NCBI RefSeq assembly: GCF_009914755.1
Contig: NC_060939.1
Source of the DNA: the human T2T-CHM13v2.0 reference genome, Homo sapiens
Length of the DNA: 64,000 nucleotides
Reading direction: 5' to 3' (one strand)
This document shows positions 54,935 to 64,000 of this stretch, in pieces (position 1 is the stretch's first letter; each line of letters starts with the position of its first letter). The translations under genes and the position numbers were made by a program. The notes below the pieces were generated by a model, which was given only the letters and a program-made list of their open reading frames with translations, was not told where the DNA came from and did no database searches.

Positions 54935-57111
54935 GGCCACAGGGCACTGTGGGCAGCGGCCAAGCAGCCACAGGGACATCCTGGAGCACACCGCACCTCG
55001 GCCCCGTGCTTGTGTTCTTTGGTCTCCGGCCACTGACAGCCAAGGTGGGGGTCAAATGTTGATAAAGGGAAGTGGCTTCTTCTTGCAGAAGCAGGGAGGT
55101 GGCTACGTCAGCTAAGAGCCAGCTCTTGAACTCTGGATTTAAACAAAAGCACTTGAATAGCCCAGACAGGAGGCCCTTAGAACTTGTTTGTGAGGAATTT
55201 GAGTTTGAGGGGGTGAGAGGGAGCCAGCCAGGAACCGGGAAACTTGCCTCTGCTCTTGGATTCCCTCTCCAGGCACAGTTTACCTATAAGTCAAAAAGAG
55301 CTGAACTCTGTGAAAGTGAAAGCAGCCTCCCATCTCCCCCGTCTCCTCTCCACTCAGGCACCTTCCATGATGATGAGGATGTTGAAGGGGGCTGTTTTTA
55401 TGAAGAGCCAGGCTAAGCCGGGTTTTACGCTTGGCCTTGGCCATCTACCGCATTGCACCTGGGTTAAGCACAGCCACGTGTATCACCCTGGTCTGAGGGC
55501 CTGGACAATGTCACCTGCACCATGCATAGCCAATCCCCCATCACATCTCAGGTTTCCCAGCCTCCCAACATTGGCCCATTGCTGTGCCTTCTGCCAGGAG
55601 AGCCCTCCCCACACATCTTCACTTGCCAACACTTTACCCACCTTCCAACTGTGTTCCAAACCCCATTTCCCTCCAGGAGCCGTCTTCAGATCCTGACTGC
55701 AGGTCATCTCTCCTCGCCCTCCTGGTAACCCCATGGCATTTCATCTTGTGTTTCTGTAGTGGCAGCAAGCATACTGTCTCTGGGTTACAGTTATCTACAC
55801 ATTGATCCTTCACCTGCTGGCTGAGAGGCTCTTTGGGGAGAGAGAATGTGCATTGGCAGTAGGGATTTATGCAAAGGGCTTTGGGGCCAGGTAGATCTAG
55901 GCTTAGGATCATAAGGCTTTAGGCAACATATTCAACTCCTTTGAGGCTCAGTTTCCAGGTTCACAAAATGCTGTTATGGGGACTGCTTGAGCTAACATGT
56001 CTAAGGTGCTTAGCCTATAACTTGGACCCAGGAGGGTGCAGAACTGCCCGCTCCCTTGTTCTGTTCTCTTTCCACAGCTCCTAAGGCTGAGCTTCCCTTT
56101 CCCCAGCTCCTAAGGTCGTGCCTTCTGTGTGCTAGTTGCATGGAGCTAACAAATTTCACACTATCTCGGGCGTTCTAGTTAGAAGAAACAAACAAAAAAG
56201 AAGGACCGCCCTTCCTGTGCTTCCTCAGAGTGCAGAAGATGTGGGTTTCAAAACGTGGACAGTGACTCCCTATGTCCCCTGTTTTTGGTGCAGACACAGA
56301 GAAGTCCCTCTTGGTTGCTGACCTGAGAGGCACATGGCCTTGACCTCCAGCCCCAAGGGGAAACAGCCAGGTTGCTGTTGGGGCCGCAGATGTGCCTGGC
56401 CTTACTTACTCTGCAGCTCAGCCTCCTCCCCTGTGGTGTCAGGGACAGCCTCCCACCCTCCCAGAGCTCTTGGTTTGGTTTATTTATCACTCAGGGATTT
56501 CCCACCAGGGAGCCATATCTGACATCCGCAGGCTCAGATCTTGTCTGGCTTCCCCTAGGGACAGTGTGGAGGGAGGATGGCCAGCCCCAGCCGTGGGGCC
56601 AGCACACCATTGAGTCCCTGCAGGAAGTGTGCTCTGAGAGCCTGCTCCTTGCAGGGCTTGAGGATAGAGATGGGGTATTCACAGGTGACCAAGATGTCCC
56701 TGTCCCCATGCTGCATGCAGTCTGGCCAAGACGACAGACACCACCGAAGAATAGACCACAAGTGTGGCGGGTGTGAGGAATGGGTGAGTCAGACCTTCCC
56801 TGATCACAGGGACCAAGTCCCCATTCTAATCTATGGTCACATTGTGATCTCTCAGTTGGCAAACCCGACTGCCATGGCCCAGAGATTTACCAGCCCTGAT
56901 CTGGGGTCTGCACACGCCTGTGGAGGGGAGAACTCCTGCTCACTGTATTTTGTGCCAGGGGTGTAATCACACCCAGGCCTAGCCCCACCAGTCATTTATA
57001 TCCCTTCTTCCATTTGTGCCTTGACCATGAGAACCACACCCGAATGCTACCTTCTGCACATATGCGTGCGTATTTCCGTGTCTGGTTTGCTGTGTGTGCA
57101 TACAATGTATA

Positions 57112-57882
<771 letters not shown>

Positions 57883-58673
57883 TAGAACAAAGGGGAGATC
57901 TGTATAGCCAGAGGGACAATCTTGTGATTTGGAAATGAGATCTTGCTTCCTGTCCCAGCTTTTCCACCAAAGTTGTCTGATCTTGGATGACTTATTTAAT
58001 TTCTCTGAGTCTCAGTATTATCAGCTGTAAATAATAAAACTCATCTTACCAAACTCTTATGAGGCTCTTTCTGAAGCAATACATTTGAAATCATATTATA
58101 ACATCAAAGTGTCATACATAGAAACTTATAAATAAATAAATAATCCATAGAAAGTGATCATTTCATTACGTCTCCTACCAGAGTCTACTGACTCCATTTT
58201 ACAACGTTAAGCAGGGTTAAGCATCTTGTATGTTGCAGTACCAAGAAATAAATCAATGAATACAATGTAGCTACATACCTGAGTGAGATAACTTGGGGGT
58301 GAGTGGAGAGCACCAAACCCAGAGTACCCTAGCAACCGAGGCAAAAAGAAAAACGCTCTGGCTTGCAGAGTTTTCATGATCTCATTTGTAAAAGCTAAAT
58401 TAAAAGTTCTGCTATAAAGCAGGCATTGAGTGGTTGCTTTCTCATACCGTGGTTACAGAATGACCCAGATGCAGCACCCCATTTCACCAGAAGGTAGACG
58501 GAGGAGTTCCCATTGCAAAACTGCTCTCCCTCTCTTACTGTCTTTTAGCCACAATGCCCCTATTCTGAGGTCCTGCTGGCCCCTGCCGCAACCCCACTGC
58601 CTGCAGCTTCTCCCTCCTCCCGTTTGGCACCATCCTTCCTCCTGCTGACTTCCTTCTCCAAATGTTTTCTCAG

Positions 58674-58825
58674 GTGGTTAAGCTGAAAGGCCAAGTCCTG
58701 TCGGTCATGTATCGATTTCGCACCAAGAACCGGGAGTGGATGTTGATCCGCACCAGCAGCTTCACATTCCAGAATCCCTATTCTGATGAGATTGAGTACA
58801 TCATCTGCACCAACACCAACGTCAA
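58674..58825 (+). CDS. ARNT2: ARNT2 coding exon (probably exon 12), 152 nt, phase 0-2, PAS-B/PAC
   Basis: Acceptor tgttttctcag|GTG; encodes [50 protein letters not shown](K); donor AA|gtacgt. Confidence 0.97.
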
Positions 58826-60113
58826 GTACGTACACTGCCATTTCCCTCTCCTGGAATCCACATGCGCTTGCTTGGGTCCAGAGCTGGCAATTTTATTTGG
58901 AGTTCTTTCTCCCTGCCGGCTCTCCCTGCAGCTGGAAATCCCTGTAGGATTAAGAATAGAGGAGACTGTAGGTCCCCATCACTGTCTCCCTCCCATGTTC
59001 CTCCTTCTCATTTCCCTCCTGATTTGTGAGAAACAAAAGAATGAGTGATAATCATGACACTCCCTTCCCTTCGGTGCAAGGTGCTCCAGTTTCTGCTCCT
59101 CTTTTCTTCCCCCTGAGCATGGACCTCAGCCAACTGGAGCTCTGCTGGGCCCCGCCTTGTTGCTCCCTGTTGCAGCAGCTGCTTGTGCCTGGTTTCTTGG
59201 TCCTACCGAAGCCGGGGGTGGAGGAAGGGAGGCTGAGCCTCTTGGCAGCTCTAGGGAATGGGACAGGTGGCCTGGGTGTAGGCACCTCAAGGACACATGA
59301 TTTCCCTGCTGCCCAGCCGTGGAAGCATTCCTCCCTGCCCAGGGTCCGAGGATCCCAAGATCTCTGCTGGAATCACCACTCCTGTGTTCCATGCATGTTA
59401 GCAGACCTCACACCACTTCCTGGCTGTGCGTCCTTGAACAAGTCACTTCCTCTCTTCACCTCCCTCATAAGGTTGCTGTAAAGATTAAATGAAGTCAAGC
59501 TACAGGCCAGACACTTGGTTCAACTTCCAGCACAGTGAGCATGACCTTGAACAGGTCATGCCTCCTCTGCATTTAATCTCAAGGAAATACAAGGCCAAGG
59601 AACCAACACAAAGACATTTGGACAAAAGGATGTCCAAGCAAACGCAAGCATGTGGAAGCCATGGCCAGTGTGTCGGGAGGACTGTAGCATGCAAGGGTAT
59701 GAGATGAGGCTGGCATCCGGAGAACTGTCCCCATGTCTCACCATCGTAGTCAGTGGCACCAGCATCCATCATTTTCCCCAGTTCAGCACTCAGTCGGGGG
59801 ACCTGTTTCCAACCCTACCACCTATTCTTCCTCATCTGCTGACATCCCTTCTCGGTAGCCTCCCTGGGATTCTGAAGCCTCCAGGCGGTCACCACAGCCT
59901 ACTGGCACTCTCAGAACTTGCCTGGCTCTGCCCTCTGTTGCCGTCTCTGAGCCCCTTGGATTTGGGAGTTCCCATCTGGGCCCCACAAAGTAACCTTCTT
60001 TCCAGGCAACACCACCCTCTGAGTCCTCAGCCTCTGCCCTGCTCCTGGGCCAGAAGTCACAGAGCTGGACAGACAAGCCCATGAGAGAACCCTCAGAGGG
60101 CCAATGACCTGGA

Positions 60114-61490
60114 TTTTTTTTTTAATTTTAGATTCAGGGGTTACATATGCAGGTTTGTTACATGGATATATTGCATGATGCTGAGGCTTGGACTTCAGCT
60201 GAATCCATCACCCAAAGGGTGAACATAGCTCCCAATAGGTGATTTTTCACCCTTCCCTCCCTCCCACCCTCCCTCTCTAGTAGTCCTCCCAGTGTCTATT
60301 GTTCCCATCTTTATGTCTGTGAGTACCCAATGTTTAGTTCCCACTTAAAGGTGAGAACACGCGGTATTTGGTTTTTTGATTCTGCATTCATTCACTTAGG
60401 GTAATGGATTCCAGCTGCATCCATGTTGCTGCAAAGGACGTGGTTTTGTTCTTTTTAATGGCTGCATATTTTGTGTCATTTATGTACCACATTTTCTTCT
60501 TCTTCTCCTTTTTTTTTTTTAAATTGAGACAGAATCTCACTCCGTCACCTAGGCTGAGGTGCAGTGGCACTATGGGCTCATTGCAGCCTCGACTTCCTGA
60601 GCTCAGGTGATTCTCCCACCTCAGCCTCCCGAGTAGCTGGGACTACAGGCACACACCACCACGCCTGGCTGATTTTTTTGTATTTTTAGCAGATATGGGG
60701 TTTTGCCATGTTGCCCAGGTTGGTGTTAAACTCCTGGACTCAGGCAATCTGCCTGCTTTGGCTTCCCAAAGTGCTGGGATTACAGGTGTGAGCCACCATG
60801 CCCAGCCCACGTTTTCTTTATTCAGCCCACCGTTGATGGGCACCTGGATTTGTTCCTTGTCTTTCCTATTAGGAATAGTGTTGCAATGAACCTGCAAGTC
60901 CAAGTGTCTTTTTGGTAGAACAATTTATTTTCCTTTGAGTATATACCCAGTAATGCAGTAATGGGATTGCTGGGTTGACTGGTAATTCTGTTTTTAGCTC
61001 CTTGAGAAATCTCCAAACTGCTTTCCACAGTGGCTGAACTAATTTACATTCCCATCATCAGTGTGTGAGCATTCTCTTTTCTCTGCAACCTTGCCAGCAT
61101 CTGTTTTTGTTTTTGTTATTGTTTTTTTTTTTTTACTTTTTACTAATAGCCATTCTAACTGGTGTGAGATGGTATCTCATTGTGGTTTTGATTTGCATTT
61201 CTCTGGTGGTTAGCGATGATGAGCATTTTTTTCATTTGTTTGTTGGCTGTTTCTGTGTCTTCTTTTGAGAAGTATCTTGTTCATGTCCTTTGCCCACTTT
61301 TTAATGGGGTTTGTTTTTTTCTCATTGATTTGTTTAAATTCCTTGTGGATTCTGGATATCATGTCTTTGTCAAATGCATAGTTGGCAAATATTCTCTCCT
61401 ATTGTGTAGATTGTCTGTTTACTCTATTGATAGTTTTGTTGTGGTTGTGTTTGTTTGTTTTTTTCTGTGCAGAAGCTCTTTAATTAGATG
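60114..61490 (-). mobile_element. 5'-truncated L1PA/PB (antisense) with an AluJ (~60495-60808) inside, inserted in a MIR
   Basis: TSD atgacctggatt (60104) / atgacctgcatt (61491); Alu TSD ccacattttctt / ccacgttttctt; the MIR core resumes at 61500 (ggcaagtcac...catctgtaaaatgggg). Confidence 0.88.
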
Positions 61491-62867
61491 ATGACCTGCA
61501 TTCCAACCCCAGCTCCCAACTGGGCAAGTCACCTACTCTTTCTAAGCCTCGGTTGCTTCATCTGTAAAATGGGGAGAATGACAGAACGTACTGGCCCAGA
61601 AGCATAGAATTTTTCTGCAGATTTTGCATGGAGCTACTGCATATGAAGCACTCTACTGTGATAGCAGGCAGAGTCGGCCCCGGTAAAAGTGGTCTGCAGT
61701 AACTATCACTGAGATTGTCAACAGCACCAGCAGCAGCAACCCTGCCACCCTTTGCAGCGACTTGGCAGTTTCTTGGGCCAGCTCTTGCCTGCAGCCCTAG
61801 ATTATGTTTGGTCTTCTAAATGCCCTGCCTGCCTTCTTCCTCTAACTCTGGGCAGATCACCTTGCCTTCCAACAAACAGAGACACCAGGACCCTCCTGGT
61901 GATTCTCTTCCTGTTCATGAGTGTATCTATCTCAATGCCCTCCTCTCCTCCATTTCTGGCATCTAGCAGAGGCAAAGCCTTCTCCTTCCAGGGCCAAACT
62001 CTGCACCTTCTTCATCTCCCTGCACGTCCCTGGACTCCCGTGACCCTCCCTTCTTGTCTCATCCTCCTTGTTGGCTCCTTCTTGGGCTTTCACATAGGCA
62101 CCTGACTTCCTGATCTCGGAGAATCCCTGTCTGGCCAACCCACCAAAGCTCCCCTCCCACCTGGCCCTGCCAGACGTGTCTGTGGGAACCTCCTTCTTCA
62201 CCATTCATCTGTTGTTAGCACCTTACAGCCTGGCTTTGGCCCTGAAGGTATTGAAATTGTTGTCCCAGCAGCCTCGGATAACTCATATGAAATAACCTGT
62301 TCTCACTGGTCATTCTACCCAAACTCTGTCCAACCAGCTCCTCTTTGTTAATGTCACCCTTGGCTGACTTGATATTCTGATTCTTTTTTTACCTTTGCCT
62401 TCTAGTCAAGACGTTCTTGGTTGTAAGTAGAGCAGGAACAAATGTACTAAGTCATAGTTCCAGGTGTGCAAAAAGATAATACTATTTTACTATTTTCTAT
62501 TCTGATTTTATCTAGTGAAACTCAGTTAGCTTGGCCAAATTAAGGATGTTTTATTGTCTCACTTCTCCCAACATGGGAAAAGGGTGGTTCTTCTTTACTC
62601 AGGAAGCAGAGAGGTACCACCTCTGTGCCAGGCTCATGTGTGGCCCGGCCTTGAAGAAAATAGGGAAGCTTGAGAAACGGGAGTAAAGGTAAGCAGGGCT
62701 CAGGATTCCATGGTGCTTCCTTTGTTCAACAGATGGGTTATGGAGGGTGCTGAGCATGGGCCTTTCAGGAGCTCTTGAGACAGGGTAACAGGATGTGCTC
62801 ACTGACCTGAAGGAGCCAGGTGCAGGGCGGTGAGAGCCCCAAAGGGAGAGGAGGAGGAAAACACCAT

Positions 62868-62950
62868 CCTGGATCTGCTTAGCATCTGTTCAAGACATAG
62901 CTTTAAATGCCAGCCTGGATCTGCTTAGTATCTGTTCAAGCCATAGCTTT
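62868..62950 (+). repeat. Two-copy tandem duplication, 46-bp period
   Basis: cctggatctgcttagcatctgttcaagacatagcttt / cctggatctgcttagtatctgttcaagccatagcttt (35/37 identical). Confidence 0.92.
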
Positions 62951-64000
62951 GTCCCAGGCTCATACCTCCTGTCATGGCCCCTTGCTCCAGCCACTCCAGG
63001 CTAAGACTTGAGCTCCCATAACGTTCTTGAGCTCCAAGAACGTAAGAAGGGGCAGACGGGAGGGACAGGTAGAATGCAATGGGGGCAGAGAATAAATACT
63101 TCCCCGCAGGGCCTCGGAGAAAGCATCCCCAGGAGGTAGCACTGCAGTGGGGTTTGCAAGAAAAGTAAAGATCCCCCTGTGAAAACCAGCCCCCTGGCTG
63201 AGGTTTTGCTTTATTTTTCTGAAAGTCAGGCAGCACTGAGAAAACAGAAAAGCCATCTTGTACAGGGGGTGGCCTACGTAGTTCCTCCAGACAACTGCTT
63301 TTGCAGCTTGTGAGGTTACACGGATCAGGATGCCCCCTCAGGACACAGTTACACCAGAAGCCTCAATCTGTGTCTCTGAACTGAAAGGTCCTACACTGGT
63401 GAAGTTGGTTGGAAAAGTCTACTGTGGACGGTAGAGGGCAGTGACAATCAGGGATGTGAACTGGCCAGCTCTTTTTTGAATTTGTGAGGCGAAACTTTGC
63501 CAGCAGTAGGCAGACTTGTTATGGAAAGATCCTTAAATGCTCTGTGCTGAGGGGAGGGGATGGCGAGGGTGGAGTGTGGGCAATTTGCAAGCTCGGTTGC
63601 TTTCAGTCAAAAGCATCCAAAAGAAACTTCCTGGAGAAACTGAGTGTTTAATGTTGAACATTTGTGTAAAGCCACTACAAAGAAGACCTCTTTATCATCC
63701 TTGCATTTTTTCCTGTTCCATCAAATATGGAATGAGGTCCAGAAAAACACAGACTGATTTAACGTGCTGGTCACACAGCACAACTTTGAAACGTGCCTTG
63801 GCACTGGGGGGCCAAGACTCATTTGGGGCTGTTTGTTAGCTTGAGTCATTTCAGCGTTTTTACATGGGCACGACCTAGCTGCTGTGCTTTCTTCATTTCT
63901 GACATCTTTTTAGGGGAGTGATCTGAAGTTATCTCTTTGTGTCTGTTCAGGCCAAGTCCTATTTCCTGTCACAGCATTGTTCCAACGTTGTCATAACCAC

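Overview
Human genomic DNA (Alu/L1/L2/MIR/LTR-rich; a human-lineage AluYb8 is present) from the middle of ARNT2, a bHLH-PAS transcription factor, on the + strand. Seven coding exons with GT-AG boundaries (3747-3849, 9484-9549, 9893-9978, 46786-46862, 48227-48361, 50652-50726, 58674-58825; 694 nt) splice into one open frame running from the end of PAS-A through PAS-B/PAC. I number them exons 6-12 from memory of the reference transcript. Neither the start nor the stop codon is in the window. The rest is intronic, with many nested transposons whose target-site duplications (TSDs) can be read directly. I found no convincing new protein-coding gene or novel multi-gene system, and almost all supplied ORFs are repeat-derived noise. 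The most interesting candidate signals are: a cluster of bHLH-PAS binding motifs inside ARNT2 itself; an exon 6-8 block that would form a stop-free circular RNA; a ~240-bp non-tandem local duplication with an identity gradient; a solo LTR just upstream of an exon that starts with an in-frame ATG; cryptic splice sites that would truncate the protein; and a few atypical insertion scars. Repeat subfamily names come from recalled consensus sequences and need RepeatMasker/Dfam confirmation.
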